DNA of 52,389 nt, taken from NCBI GenBank assembly GCA_964441935.1, contig CAYTXI010000001.1:1-52389 (forward strand). The letters are read 5' to 3'. Shown in pieces: positions 9,933-19,589 of the stretch. Source of the stretch: an uncultured Bauldia sp. (GTDB lineage Bacteria; Pseudomonadota; Alphaproteobacteria; Rhizobiales; Kaistiaceae). Position numbers and translations under genes: made by a program. Each line of letters starts with the position of its first letter. Position 1 is the stretch's first letter. The notes beneath the pieces were generated by a model that was not told the origin of the DNA, did not search any database, and saw only the letters and a list, made by a program, of their open reading frames with translations.

Positions 9933-10055
9933 CGTATTGACTTTCCGAGGGTTTTCGCTGGAACAAATAAGTCCGCGCCAAACGGCCGGCAAGGAAAGGA
10001 CACCCAAGATTCCCGCCGCGCGCGAGAAGGCTTGCCACGTTCAGGCGTATCGGCC

Positions 10056-10778
10056 ATGCATTCCGCCGCCGTGCCACTGGAGCGGGTCGGAGCGATGCGG
10101 AACCTGAGCGCGTGGGCGGTCCATGTCTTGACCGCAAGCGGTGCGGCACTCGCGCTGCTGGCGGCGTTCGCGGCCGCCGCGCGCAACTGGCAGGCGGTTT
10201 TTCTTCTGCTCGGTGTCGCCATGATCGTCGACGGAATCGACGGGCCGCTTGCCCGCCGCCTGCGCGTCGCCGAACGGCTGCCGTGGTTCTACGGCGCGAG
10301 ACTCGACCTCGTCGTCGACTACGCGACGTATGTACTGGTTCCGGCGCTCGTGGTCGCGCTGAGCGCGCTCCTGTCGCAGCCCCTGGCGATCGTTGCCGCC
10401 GTCGTCATCGCCGTCGTCGGCGTCATCTACTTCGGCGACTCGCGCATGAAGACGGCCGAAGCGTCCTTTCGCGGCTTTCCGGCGGTGTGGAACGTCGTGG
10501 TGTTCCAACTGATGGTCTACAAGTTGCCCGAGCTCGTGACGCTTCTGATCATCGCCGCCTGCGCGGTCGCCACCTTCACGCCGCTCGAATTCGTCCACCC
10601 CTTACGCGTTAGGCGGCTGCGACCGCTGACGATCGCGATGGCTGTCGCGTGGAGCGGACTGGCGCTCGTCGCGTTGGCCGCCGATCTCGATCCTGGCCCG
10701 GCCACCGTTGCCGCGTTCGCCGTCGTCAGCCTCTATTTCGCCGTGATCGGCATCGTTCTCCAGATCACCCGCGCCTGA
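10056..10778 (+). CDS. pcs: Phosphatidylcholine synthase (CDP-alcohol phosphatidyltransferase family)
   Basis: AVHVLTASGAALALLA...LLGVAMIVDGIDGPLARRLRV...LDLVVDYATYVLVPA matches the bacterial Pcs signature, including the CDP-alcohol motif DG-x2-AR...D-x3-D. An alternative start is ATG 10095. Confidence 0.8.
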   Translation: MHSAAVPLERVGAMRNLSAWAVHVLTASGAALALLAAFAAAARNWQAVFLLLGVAMIVDGIDGPLARRLRVAERLPWFYGARLDLVVDYATYVLVPALVVALSALLSQPLAIVAAVVIAVVGVIYFGDSRMKTAEASFRGFPAVWNVVVFQLMVYKLPELVTLLIIAACAVATFTPLEFVHPLRVRRLRPLTIAMAVAWSGLALVALAADLDPGPATVAAFAVVSLYFAVIGIVLQITRA

Positions 10779-10801
10779 TTCTCCTGGATGGGGAGCCAAC
10801 G

Positions 10802-11533
10802 ATGATCGTCTTCGACTGGATCGCCGACCCGGCGATCCTCGCCAGCCTGGTGACGCTCACCGCCATGGAGATCGTCCTCGGCATCGACAACATCGTGTTC
10901 ATCTCGGTGATCGTCGGCCGCCTGCCGGCGGACCGGGCCAAGCGGGCCCGCCAGATCGGCCTGGCGCTGGCGCTGATCTTCCGGCTGCTCCTGCTCAGCG
11001 TCATATTCTGGCTGATCGGCCTGACCGCGCCGCTGTTCGAGCTTGCCGGGCATGCGTTCTCGTGGCGCGATGTCATACTGATCGGCGGCGGGCTATTCCT
11101 CCTGGTCAAGGCGACCCGCGAGATTCACCAGGATGTCGAGGGCGACCACGAAGTGGCGGGTGCCAAGGTGGCGGCTGCCGCGTTCGGCACCATCATCGCC
11201 CAGATCATCGTCATCGACATGGTGTTCTCGGTCGATTCGATCATCACCGCGGTCGGCATGGCCGAGCACATCGGCGTCATGATTGCCGCGGTGATCATCG
11301 CCATGGGTGTCATGTACGTCGCTGCCGGCGCCGTTGCCGGGTTCATCCAGCGACACCCGACCACGCGCATGCTGGCGCTGGCATTTCTGCTGATGATTGG
11401 CATCGCGCTCGTTGCCGACGGCGTGGGATTCCATATCCCGCGCGGCTACCTCTACGTGGCCATGGCCTTCTCCGCCTCCGTCGAGTTGTTGAACGTGCTC
11501 GCCCGTCGCAACCGGCAGAAGCGGACCGCATGA
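10802..11533 (+). CDS. TerC-family integral membrane protein
   Basis: MIVFDWIADPAILASLVTLTAMEIVLGIDNIVFISV... and the second repeat FSVDSIITAVGM are typical TerC motifs. Only 23 nt separate it from pcs, so there is no room for a leader riboswitch. Confidence 0.85.
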   Translation: MIVFDWIADPAILASLVTLTAMEIVLGIDNIVFISVIVGRLPADRAKRARQIGLALALIFRLLLLSVIFWLIGLTAPLFELAGHAFSWRDVILIGGGLFLLVKATREIHQDVEGDHEVAGAKVAAAAFGTIIAQIIVIDMVFSVDSIITAVGMAEHIGVMIAAVIIAMGVMYVAAGAVAGFIQRHPTTRMLALAFLLMIGIALVADGVGFHIPRGYLYVAMAFSASVELLNVLARRNRQKRTA

Positions 11534-11638
11534 GCCTTCCCGAAATGACGCCACTACTTCGCGCTCCCCGCCCTTGAGCCCAAAGGGACCGGGCTACGGC
11601 TTGCCCGACGGTCAACCAACCGGCTAGGAAAACGCTGC

Positions 11639-11654
11639 GGCGGGCGGCCGCCCG
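11639..11654 (+). terminator. Perfect 16-nt GC palindrome between TerC-family gene and qor (possible terminator/attenuator hairpin)
   Basis: gcgggcgg/ccgcccgc. It lies 106 nt after the TerC-family stop and 24 nt before the qor ATG. No T-tract follows. Confidence 0.3.
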
Positions 11655-11677
11655 CAGATCTTACGAGGAGCCGATCC

Positions 11678-12649
11678 ATGCCTCATGCCATTCGTGTCGC
11701 GCAATTCGGCGGACCGGAAGCCTTGCAGTGGGTCGAGGTCCCCGAGCCGGCGCCCGGGCCGGGCGAGGTCCTGATCCGGCAGACAGCGGTCGGGGTGAAC
11801 TTCATCGACGTCTACCACAGGATCGGCCTCTATCCGCTCGACCTACCGATCACGCCGGGCTCGGAAGGGGCCGGTGTGGTCGAGGCGGTCGGCGATGGCG
11901 TCACCGAATTCAGTGCCGGCGACCGGGTCGGCTACCAGGGCGCGATCGGCGGCTACGCCGAGGTGCGCGTGGTGCCGGCCGCGCGGTTGTTGCATCTGCC
12001 CGATGCGATCGGCGACAAGACCGCGGCGGCAGCGTTGCTCAAGGGGGTGACCGCCTACTACCTCCTCTTTCGCACCTTCAAGGTCGGCAAGGAGCACACG
12101 ATCCTTTTCCACGCTGCCGCCGGCGCCGTCGGCACCATCGCCTGCCAGTGGGCTTCGGACCTCGGCGCCACCGTCATCGGTACCGTCGGCTCCGAGGAGA
12201 AGATGGCTCGCGCCCGCGACAACGGCTGCGCCCACGTGATCAACTACCGCCGGGAGAACTTCGTCGACCGCGTGCGTGAGCTGACCGGCGGCGAGGGCGT
12301 TGCCGTCGTTTATGACTCGGTCGGCAAGGACACCTTCCCCGGCTCACTCGACTGTCTGGCTCCGATGGGCATGTGGGTGTCGTTCGGGCAGTCCTCCGGA
12401 TTGCCCCCGTCGATCACGATGGCCATGTTGCAGCAAAAGGGTTCGCTGTTCGCCACCCGACCTACCACCGCGCACTACCTGGCCAGGCGCGCCGACCTTG
12501 AAACCGCGGCTGCCGCGCTGTTCGAGGCGATCGCCGCCGGCACCGTCAAGATCCCCATCGGCCAGGAGTTTCCGCTGAGATCCGCCGCCGAGGCCCATCG
12601 CGCGCTGGAATCGCGCGCAACCGCGGGCCCCACCGTGCTGATCCCCTGA
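11678..12649 (+). CDS. qor: NADPH:quinone oxidoreductase (zeta-crystallin / MDR family)
   Basis: 323 aa. N-terminal GroES-like fold (GEVLIRQTAVGVNFIDVYHRIGLYP) and nucleotide-binding AAAGAVG motif. GAGGAG RBS upstream. Confidence 0.9.
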   Translation: MPHAIRVAQFGGPEALQWVEVPEPAPGPGEVLIRQTAVGVNFIDVYHRIGLYPLDLPITPGSEGAGVVEAVGDGVTEFSAGDRVGYQGAIGGYAEVRVVPAARLLHLPDAIGDKTAAAALLKGVTAYYLLFRTFKVGKEHTILFHAAAGAVGTIACQWASDLGATVIGTVGSEEKMARARDNGCAHVINYRRENFVDRVRELTGGEGVAVVYDSVGKDTFPGSLDCLAPMGMWVSFGQSSGLPPSITMAMLQQKGSLFATRPTTAHYLARRADLETAAAALFEAIAAGTVKIPIGQEFPLRSAAEAHRALESRATAGPTVLIP

Positions 12650-12828
12650 CCGCGGACTTCGCCAAAACCCGCTGCACGGTGCCCAAAATTAGCGTTTGAT
12701 CCCGTTTTGGGCATAATCCATTGTGGATGCTGGCAAACCGCCCGACGGGCGGGACCTTGCGTATTGCCAGGTGCGGCGGGGCAGGGCTGACTGCGGCCGA
12801 TGTTTGACCAGGCAGAACGGGTGTCACG

Positions 12829-13176
12829 ATGGGGCGCCTCACCACGCATGTATTGGACACCGCCTCCGGCAAGCCGGCGGAGGGCGTAACCGTTGAGTTG
12901 TATCGTGCCGACGACCCCACGGAACGCCTGGCCGTCGCCACGACCAACGCTGACGGGCGGGTCGACAAGCCGTTGCTGGAAGGCGAGGCGCTGACCGAGG
13001 GTGTGTACGAGTTGCGGTTCCACGCCGGCGACTATTGGCGTCGGTCGCTGGGTCTCGCCGAGCCCCCGTTCATCGACATCGTACCGATCCGCTTCGGCGT
13101 CGCCGCGGCCGACGAGAGCTACCACGTGCCGCTGATCCTGTCGCCGCACGGCTATGCCACCTACCGGGGCAGTTGA
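12829..13176 (+). CDS. uraH: 5-hydroxyisourate hydrolase (transthyretin-like)
   Basis: 115 aa. N-terminal LTTHVLDTASGKPA and the diagnostic C-terminal tetrapeptide YRGS. Its stop overlaps the xdhA start (TGATG). Confidence 0.9.
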   Translation: MGRLTTHVLDTASGKPAEGVTVELYRADDPTERLAVATTNADGRVDKPLLEGEALTEGVYELRFHAGDYWRRSLGLAEPPFIDIVPIRFGVAAADESYHVPLILSPHGYATYRGS

Positions 13177-14681
13177 TGCGTCAGACCATCCGCTTCATCC
13201 GCCACAACCGGCTGGTCGAGCTGGCCGACGTTCCCCCTACCATGCTGCTGCTCGACTACCTGCGGGAGAGCGAAGGCGCGACCGGCACCAAAGAGGGGTG
13301 CGGGGAGGGCGATTGCGGCGCCTGTACGGTGGCGCTCGGCCGCGTGCGTGACGGCAAGCTCGTATATGAACCGGTCAACGCCTGCATCCTGCTGCTTGGC
13401 CAGGTCGATGGCACCGAGGTGGTCACCGTCGAGGACCTGGCGGCAGATGACGGCACGCTGCATCCCGTGCAGCTCGCCATGGTCCAGAAGCACGCATCCC
13501 AGTGCGGCTTCTGCACGCCCGGGTTCGTCATGGCGTTGTTCGCGCTCTACCAATCGACCGATGGCGAGGTGACCCGCGCGGAGGTCAACGACTGGCTCGC
13601 TGGCAACCTCTGCCGCTGCACGGGTTATCGCCCGATCGTCGATGCGGGCATCGCCGCCTGCGCGGCGCCGCGCGGTGACCGCTTCCGCGCCGACGCCGAG
13701 GACACGGCCGGTGCGCTCGCGTTCCTGTCGGACTTAGAGGACGTGTTCGTGGGCGACGAGGAGCGCTTCTTCGCTGCGCCAGCGAGCCTCGATGGCCTCG
13801 CCGACCTCTACCTAGAGCACCCGGATGCGACCGTGGTCGCCGGCGCCACCGACGTCGGACTGTGGATCACCAAGCAGCTTCACGACCTCAAGAAGATTAT
13901 CCACGTCGGCAAGGTGCGCGATTTCGATACGATCGAAGACAACGGTCACGAGCTGGTCGTCGGCGCCGGGGCGACTTACGCGCAGGTTGAGCCCTATTTC
14001 GCCGAGATCGATCCCGACCTCGGCGAGCTCCTGCGCCGGCTGGGCTCCAAGCAGGTGCGCGCCTCCGGCACCGTCGGCGGCAACGTCGCCAACGGCTCAC
14101 CGATCGGCGACACCCCGCCGGCGTTGATCTCGCTGGGGGCCACCCTCCACCTACGCAAGGGCCAGCAAGTCCGCTCCATGCCGCTCGAGCAGTTCTTCAT
14201 CGATTACGGCAGGCAGGCGCGTGCTGCCGGCGAACTGGTCACCGCGATCACCGTTCCGCGCCTCGGTCCCGAGCACATCTTCCGTTGCTACAAGGTGACC
14301 AAGCGCTTCGATCAGGACATCTCCTCGGTGATGGGCGCCTTCCGCTTCACCGTCGATGAGGAAGACCGGGTCCGGGAGGCGAGGCTCGCCTATGGCGGCA
14401 TGGCCAAGACGCCGAAGCGCGCGTCGGGCGCCGAGAAGGCACTGGTCGGCACCGAAATCCGCGATTCGCGCGCCTGGAGTCGCGCCTTCGCCGCCCTTCG
14501 CCATGACTTCGCCCCCATCGACGATCACCGCGCGTCCCGCCGCTACCGCATCGAAACCGCCCACGCCCTCCTCGGAAAGGCGCTGATCGAGGCGTCGGGT
14601 ACTGCGACCGCGCGCACTCGCGTGGTCGGGCATCGCGAGCCGACCGTCGCCGGACCACTCGAGGCCGTGACCGATGAATGA
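13176..14681 (+). CDS. xdhA: Xanthine dehydrogenase small subunit (2Fe-2S + FAD-binding)
   Basis: Ferredoxin-type GCGEGDCGACTV and a second cluster motif CGFCTPGF, followed by an FAD-binding domain. The true ATG is at 13176; the track ORF starts upstream inside uraH. Confidence 0.9.
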   Translation: MRQTIRFIRHNRLVELADVPPTMLLLDYLRESEGATGTKEGCGEGDCGACTVALGRVRDGKLVYEPVNACILLLGQVDGTEVVTVEDLAADDGTLHPVQLAMVQKHASQCGFCTPGFVMALFALYQSTDGEVTRAEVNDWLAGNLCRCTGYRPIVDAGIAACAAPRGDRFRADAEDTAGALAFLSDLEDVFVGDEERFFAAPASLDGLADLYLEHPDATVVAGATDVGLWITKQLHDLKKIIHVGKVRDFDTIEDNGHELVVGAGATYAQVEPYFAEIDPDLGELLRRLGSKQVRASGTVGGNVANGSPIGDTPPALISLGATLHLRKGQQVRSMPLEQFFIDYGRQARAAGELVTAITVPRLGPEHIFRCYKVTKRFDQDISSVMGAFRFTVDEEDRVREARLAYGGMAKTPKRASGAEKALVGTEIRDSRAWSRAFAALRHDFAPIDDHRASRRYRIETAHALLGKALIEASGTATARTRVVGHREPTVAGPLEAVTDE

Positions 14682-17001
14682 GGTCACCCCCGGCCTGGCG
14701 GTCACCGAGCTTGCCGTCGTCGGCAAGGCCAGCGCCCACGACAGTGCCGTCAAGCACGTCACGGGCACCGCGACCTACGTCGACGACATACGTGCCCCGG
14801 CCGGTACGCTGCACCTCGCGCCGGGCCATGCGCCCATCACCGCCGGCCGCATTACCGGGCTCGACTTTGACCCGGTCATCGCCGCGCCCGGCGTGGTCGC
14901 GGTGCTGACCGCTGCCGACATCCCCGGCAGGAACGACATCAGCCCCAAGGAGATCGACGACGACCCGCTAATCGCCGAGGAGCAGATCATGTTCTACGGT
15001 CAGGTGCTGTTCGTCGTCGTTGCCGAGACCCGCGATCAGGCCCGGCGCGCGGCGCGCAAGGCGCGGGTGACTACGGCACCCACCATGCCGGTGATTGATG
15101 TCGACGACGCCATTGTCGCCGAGACAAAGATACATGCCGACCATACGTTCGAGCACGGCGAGACGATCGACGAGATGGAACGCTCGCCGAAGCGGGTGAC
15201 CGGCGAATTCCGCGTCGGCGGCCAGGAGCATTTCTACCTCGAAGGCCAGGTCGCTCTCGCCATCCCCGGCGAGGACGGCGACATGTTCGTGCAGTCGTCG
15301 ACACAGCACCCGAGCGAGGTGCAGCACATGGTGGCGCACGCGCTCGGCATCACCGACAACGCCGTCACCGTCGAAGTGCGGCGCATGGGTGGCGCCTTCG
15401 GTGGCAAGGAGAGCCAGGCGACGCAATGGGCGGTGCTGGCGGCGCTGGCGGCGTGGAAAACGGGGCGGCCGTGCAAGATCCGCCTCGATCGGGACGATGA
15501 CATGACCATGACCGGCAAGCGTCACGATTTCCGTGTCGACTATTCTGCCGGCTTCTCGCGCGAGGGCAGCTTGCGCTCGGTCGATGTCACGCTGTCGGCG
15601 CGCTGCGGGCACTCCGAAGATCTGACCCTGGGCGTGGTCGACCGCGCCATGTTCCACGCCGACAATGCCTACTACTATCCTTCGTGCCGCATCGTCTCTC
15701 GGCGGTTCCGCACCAACACCGTTTCCAACACGGCCTTCCGCGGATTCGGCGGGCCGCAGGGCATGCTCTTTGCCGAGCGCATGATGGATCAGATCGCCTA
15801 TGCCATCGGCCGCGATCCGCTGGATGTGCGCAAGGCCAATTTCTACGCCGGTGTCGGGCGCGACCGCACGCCCTACGGCATGCGGGTGGAAGACAACATC
15901 CTGCATGAGCTGGTCGGCGATCTGGAACGCACCAGCGACTACCGGACGCGGCGCGAGGAGTTGAGCGAGTTCAACGCCGCGAGCCCGGTGCTCAAGAAAG
16001 GACTGGCACTGACGCCGGTGAAGTTCGGTATCTCCTTCACCCTTATCCACCTCAACCAGGCCGGCGCCCTCGTCCACCTCTACCGCGACGGCTCGATCAG
16101 CCTCAATCACGGCGGCACGGAGATGGGGCAGGGGCTGTTCGTCAAGGTCGCCCAGGTGGTCGCCGAGGAGTTCGGCGTCGGCCTCGACAAGGTCAAGATA
16201 ACCGCCACCTCGACCGCCAAGGTACCGAACACCTCGCCGACCGCCGCATCGGCCGGCACGGACCTCAACGCTCAGGCGGCGCTGGTCGCCTGCCGGCAGA
16301 TCAAGGACCGCCTGTACGACTTCATCGAGGAGAAGTGGAGCGTACCGCGTGACCGGGTCGAATTCCGCAGCGGCGAGGTGCTGATCGGCAACCGCACGGT
16401 GCCCCTGGCGGACCTCGCCAGCGCCGCCCACGTCTCGCGCGTCCACCTATCCTCGGCCGGCTTCTACAAGACGCCGCTGATCCACTGGGATCGCGACAAA
16501 GTCACCGGGCGGCCGTTTTACTATTTCGCCTATGGTGCGGCCTGCTCGGAAGTCACGGTCGACACGACGACCGGCGAGATGCGCGTCGACCGCGTCGACA
16601 TCCTCCATGACGTCGGCAAGTCGCTCAATCCGGCCATCGACATCGGCCAGATCGAGGGCGGTTTCATCCAGGGCATGGGCTGGCTCACGACGGAAGAGCT
16701 GGTCTGGGATTCTGCCGGGCGGCTCCAGACCCACGCCCCTTCCACCTACAAGATCCCCACCGCGTCGGACGTGCCGGCCGACTTCCGCGTCGCCCTGTTC
16801 GAGTCGGGCGGCAACCGCGAGGAGTCCATCTTCCGCTCCAAGGCGGTCGGCGAGCCGCCGCTGATGCTGGCGATCTCCGTGTTCTCGGCAATCACCGACG
16901 CGATCCTCAGCCTCAAGCCGGCGGTGATGCCGCGGCTCGACGCGCCGGCGACGCCGGAGGCGATCATGCGCGCGGTCCGGGCCACCAGCGGAGGCGATTG
17001 A
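14674..17001 (+). CDS. xdhB: Xanthine dehydrogenase molybdopterin-binding subunit
   Basis: 775 aa with motifs GGAFGGKE, FRGFGGPQG and GQGLFVKVAQV typical of XdhB. Overlaps the xdhA stop by 8 nt. Confidence 0.95.
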   Translation: MNEVTPGLAVTELAVVGKASAHDSAVKHVTGTATYVDDIRAPAGTLHLAPGHAPITAGRITGLDFDPVIAAPGVVAVLTAADIPGRNDISPKEIDDDPLIAEEQIMFYGQVLFVVVAETRDQARRAARKARVTTAPTMPVIDVDDAIVAETKIHADHTFEHGETIDEMERSPKRVTGEFRVGGQEHFYLEGQVALAIPGEDGDMFVQSSTQHPSEVQHMVAHALGITDNAVTVEVRRMGGAFGGKESQATQWAVLAALAAWKTGRPCKIRLDRDDDMTMTGKRHDFRVDYSAGFSREGSLRSVDVTLSARCGHSEDLTLGVVDRAMFHADNAYYYPSCRIVSRRFRTNTVSNTAFRGFGGPQGMLFAERMMDQIAYAIGRDPLDVRKANFYAGVGRDRTPYGMRVEDNILHELVGDLERTSDYRTRREELSEFNAASPVLKKGLALTPVKFGISFTLIHLNQAGALVHLYRDGSISLNHGGTEMGQGLFVKVAQVVAEEFGVGLDKVKITATSTAKVPNTSPTAASAGTDLNAQAALVACRQIKDRLYDFIEEKWSVPRDRVEFRSGEVLIGNRTVPLADLASAAHVSRVHLSSAGFYKTPLIHWDRDKVTGRPFYYFAYGAACSEVTVDTTTGEMRVDRVDILHDVGKSLNPAIDIGQIEGGFIQGMGWLTTEELVWDSAGRLQTHAPSTYKIPTASDVPADFRVALFESGGNREESIFRSKAVGEPPLMLAISVFSAITDAILSLKPAVMPRLDAPATPEAIMRAVRATSGGD

Positions 17002-17004
17002 GCC

Positions 17005-18003
17005 ATGCTGACCTGGTCCCGGGCGCTTGCCGCTATCGACCAGCACGGCCGCGCCGCCATGGTCACCGTCGCTGCGACCCAGGGCTCGGTGCCGCGCGAG
17101 GCCGGCGCTCGGCTGATCGTCCACCCCGACGGCACCTTCACCGGGACCATCGGCGGCGGCACGCTCGAGTGGCGAGCGATCGCGCGCGCCCAGGCCGCAC
17201 TCGCCGACGACGGAGCGCGCCAGGCCGAGGTGCACGACTTTGCCCTCGGCCCAGAGCTCGGTCAGTGCTGCGGCGGTCAGGTCAAGCTGATCATCGAGCT
17301 GATCGGGTCCGACAACCGCGCCGCGATCGCCGACCTCGCCGAACGCGAAAAAGGGAGCAGGGTGGTGACGCGAGCGACGCTCTCCGCCGGCAAGGGCGTC
17401 GAGCGGCAGGTCGTCACCGACATCGACATGCCACCGGGCTCGGCGACCTTCCGTGGCGGTGTCCTCACCGAGGGATTTGGCGACGACCGGCGGCCCCTAG
17501 TCCTGTTCGGCGCCGGGCACGTTGGCCGCGCGTTGACCCTGGCACTGGCGGCGCTGCCGTTCAGGATCACCTGGGTCGACCCGCGCGCCGACGCTTTTCC
17601 GACCCACGTCCCGGCAAACGTCGCCGTTCGCCGGCTCGACGACCCGACCGCGGCACTCGCGGATGCGCCCGCCGACAGTTTCGTGCTGATCATGAGCCAC
17701 AGCCACCAGCTCGACTTGGCCCTTACCCACGCCGCACTTGCCGAACGGCGCTTCCCGTATGTCGGCCTGATCGGGTCGAAGTCGAAGCGCGCGCGCTTCG
17801 AGAAGCGCCTCGCGGCCGGTGGTGTGCCGCGACAGCGGATTGCCGAGCTCGTTTGCCCGATCGGTATCGCCGGCATTCGCTCCAAGGCGCCGGCGGCGAT
17901 CGCCGCAGCTACCGTCGCCGAGATGCTCGCCCGAGACGAGGCCCTGCGCGCGGCCGCCGACGCGGGGCGGACGCCAGCGGCCGTCGCCGGCGCGGGAAGG
18001 TGA
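17005..18003 (+). CDS. xdhC: Xanthine dehydrogenase accessory (Moco insertion) protein XdhC
   Basis: 332 aa. GSVPREAGARL...GTIGGGTLEW and the Rossmann-like LVLFGAGHVGRAL are XdhC/CoxI-family features. Position immediately after xdhB agrees. Confidence 0.85.
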   Translation: MLTWSRALAAIDQHGRAAMVTVAATQGSVPREAGARLIVHPDGTFTGTIGGGTLEWRAIARAQAALADDGARQAEVHDFALGPELGQCCGGQVKLIIELIGSDNRAAIADLAEREKGSRVVTRATLSAGKGVERQVVTDIDMPPGSATFRGGVLTEGFGDDRRPLVLFGAGHVGRALTLALAALPFRITWVDPRADAFPTHVPANVAVRRLDDPTAALADAPADSFVLIMSHSHQLDLALTHAALAERRFPYVGLIGSKSKRARFEKRLAAGGVPRQRIAELVCPIGIAGIRSKAPAAIAAATVAEMLARDEALRAAADAGRTPAAVAGAGR

Positions 18004-18005
18004 CG

Positions 18006-19562
18006 ATGGAAGCGAGACCGCAAACCGCGTCGACGACCGGCGAGCGCCCGACCCGCGCGCCGATGCTGGAGGCCGTCGGCATCACCAAGGACTTCGCCAC
18101 GCTGCGCGCCAACGACAACATTGATCTTGCCATTCGCGCGGGTGAGATTCACGCACTCCTCGGCGAGAACGGTGCCGGCAAATCGACGCTGGTCAAGATC
18201 CTGTACGGCGCGCTGCAGCCGAGTGAAGGTGAGATCCGTTGGAAGGGCGAACGGATCGCCGTCGCCAACCCCGCCGCGGCGCGCGCGCTTGGCATCGGCA
18301 TGGTGTTTCAGCATTTCTCCCTGTTCGACGCTCTGACCGTGGCCGAGAACATCTCGCTGGCGCTCGCCGACGCCCCGGCTCTCGGCGATCTCAAGAAACG
18401 GATCGCCACCGTCTCGGCGGAGTACGGCCTGCCGCTAAGGCCGGACTCAATCGTCGCCGACCTTTCCGTCGGCGAGCGCCAACGGGTCGAGATTGTCCGC
18501 TGTCTGCTCCAGGAGCCGGAGCTGATCATCATGGACGAGCCGACCTCGGTGCTTACCCCGCAGGAAGCCGACGACCTTTTCGTCACGCTCAAGCGCCTCG
18601 CCGCTGAGAAGTGCGCGGTCCTCTACATCAGCCACCGGCTGGAAGAGGTGAAGCAGATCTGCCACCGCGCCACGATCCTGCGCCACGGCAAGGTCGTGGC
18701 CGAATGCGACCCGCAGCAGGAGACTGCGGCGCGGCTGGCGAGCCTGATGGTCGGCGCCGAGCTGCGCGAGCTCTCAGCCCCCGAGCCGGTCTCCGCCACC
18801 GCCCCGGTCCGCCTCGCGGTTAGCCATCTTTCGTTGCCGGCGCCGCATCCCTTCGCCGTCGCCCTCGACGATATTTCGATCGAGGTGCGCGGCGGCGAGG
18901 TCGTATCGATCGCCGGCGTCGCCGGCAACGGCCAGGACGAATTCTTCGACGCGCTGTCAGGCGAGACGCCGTCGGCCGCGAACATGGTCGCCATCGACGG
19001 GGTCGCCTGCGGCCACCGAAGCGTCACCACCCGGCGCCGGCTGAACGCGGCGTTCGTGCCCGAGGAGCGCCTCGGCCACGGCGCCGTGCCACGCCTCAAG
19101 CTGTCGGACAACGTCATCCTCACCCGCCACGCCACCAGCGAGGGGCTAGTGCGCTCGGGCATCCTCAATTTCCTCAGCGCCCGCGGCATCGTCGGGCGCG
19201 TCAGCGAGGCCTTCGACGTGCGCAAGGGATCGCCCGATCCGGAAGCCCACGCGCTCTCCGGCGGCAACCTGCAAAAGTTCGTGGTCGGTCGCGAGTTCGA
19301 CCGCAAGCCGGGCGTGTTGGTCGTCTGCCAGCCGACCTGGGGGGTGGACGCCGGCGCCACTACCGCCATCCGCCAAGCGCTGATCGACCTTGCCGGTGAC
19401 GGTGCGGCGATCCTGGTGATCAGCCAGGACCTCGACGAGATTCTGGAAATTTCCGACCGGGTGGCGGTGATCTCCAAAGGGCGGCTGTCGGAGACGCGCG
19501 ACGCCCGCGGGGTAACCCGCGAGGAAATCGGCCTGATGATGGGCGGTGCCCACGGACACTGA
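18006..19562 (+). CDS. ABC transporter ATP-binding protein with duplicated ATPase domains (BMP/nucleoside-purine uptake type)
   Basis: Walker A GENGAGKST, signature LSVGERQRV and Walker B IIMDEP, then a second degenerate cassette (LSGGNLQKF, LVVCQPTWGVD). The first 336 aa of the 854-aa track ORF are an out-of-frame shadow over xdhC. An alternative start is 18063. Confidence 0.9.
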   Translation: MEARPQTASTTGERPTRAPMLEAVGITKDFATLRANDNIDLAIRAGEIHALLGENGAGKSTLVKILYGALQPSEGEIRWKGERIAVANPAAARALGIGMVFQHFSLFDALTVAENISLALADAPALGDLKKRIATVSAEYGLPLRPDSIVADLSVGERQRVEIVRCLLQEPELIIMDEPTSVLTPQEADDLFVTLKRLAAEKCAVLYISHRLEEVKQICHRATILRHGKVVAECDPQQETAARLASLMVGAELRELSAPEPVSATAPVRLAVSHLSLPAPHPFAVALDDISIEVRGGEVVSIAGVAGNGQDEFFDALSGETPSAANMVAIDGVACGHRSVTTRRRLNAAFVPEERLGHGAVPRLKLSDNVILTRHATSEGLVRSGILNFLSARGIVGRVSEAFDVRKGSPDPEAHALSGGNLQKFVVGREFDRKPGVLVVCQPTWGVDAGATTAIRQALIDLAGDGAAILVISQDLDEILEISDRVAVISKGRLSETRDARGVTREEIGLMMGGAHGH

Positions 19563-19589
19563 GACGGCGAACCGGGGGAGGGGACATCC

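Noticed and set aside
10779-10801. Possible yybP-ykoY (Mn) riboswitch, which often precedes TerC-family genes.
   Set aside because: Only 23 nt separate the pcs stop from the TerC-family start, far too short for a riboswitch aptamer. The gene appears co-transcribed with pcs.
14968-16446. Long antisense ORFs: 492 aa here, and similar ones at 19146-20546 (-), 27643-28872 (-), 33546-34682 (-), 36371-37696 (-), 29747-30799 (-), 49279-50304 (-), 22800-23789 (-) and 1027-1860 (-).
   Set aside because: Each lies opposite a gene with strong family motifs (xdhB, permease, M20, fixL, DUF2207, repeat protein, preT, puuD, GGDEF). Their translations are Arg/Ala/Gly/Pro-rich and low-complexity with no recognisable motifs. 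This is the classic stop-codon-poor shadow frame of high-GC DNA.
16998-18005. N-terminal 336 aa of the 854-aa track ORF 16998-19562, and similar 5' extensions of track ORFs 19757-21607, 13035-14681, 9504-10778, 10649-11533, 26589-27437 and 9022-10149.
   Set aside because: The extensions run out of frame across well-supported upstream genes and are Arg/Pro-rich nonsense. In each case an internal ATG with an RBS or stop-start overlap gives a protein of normal family length.
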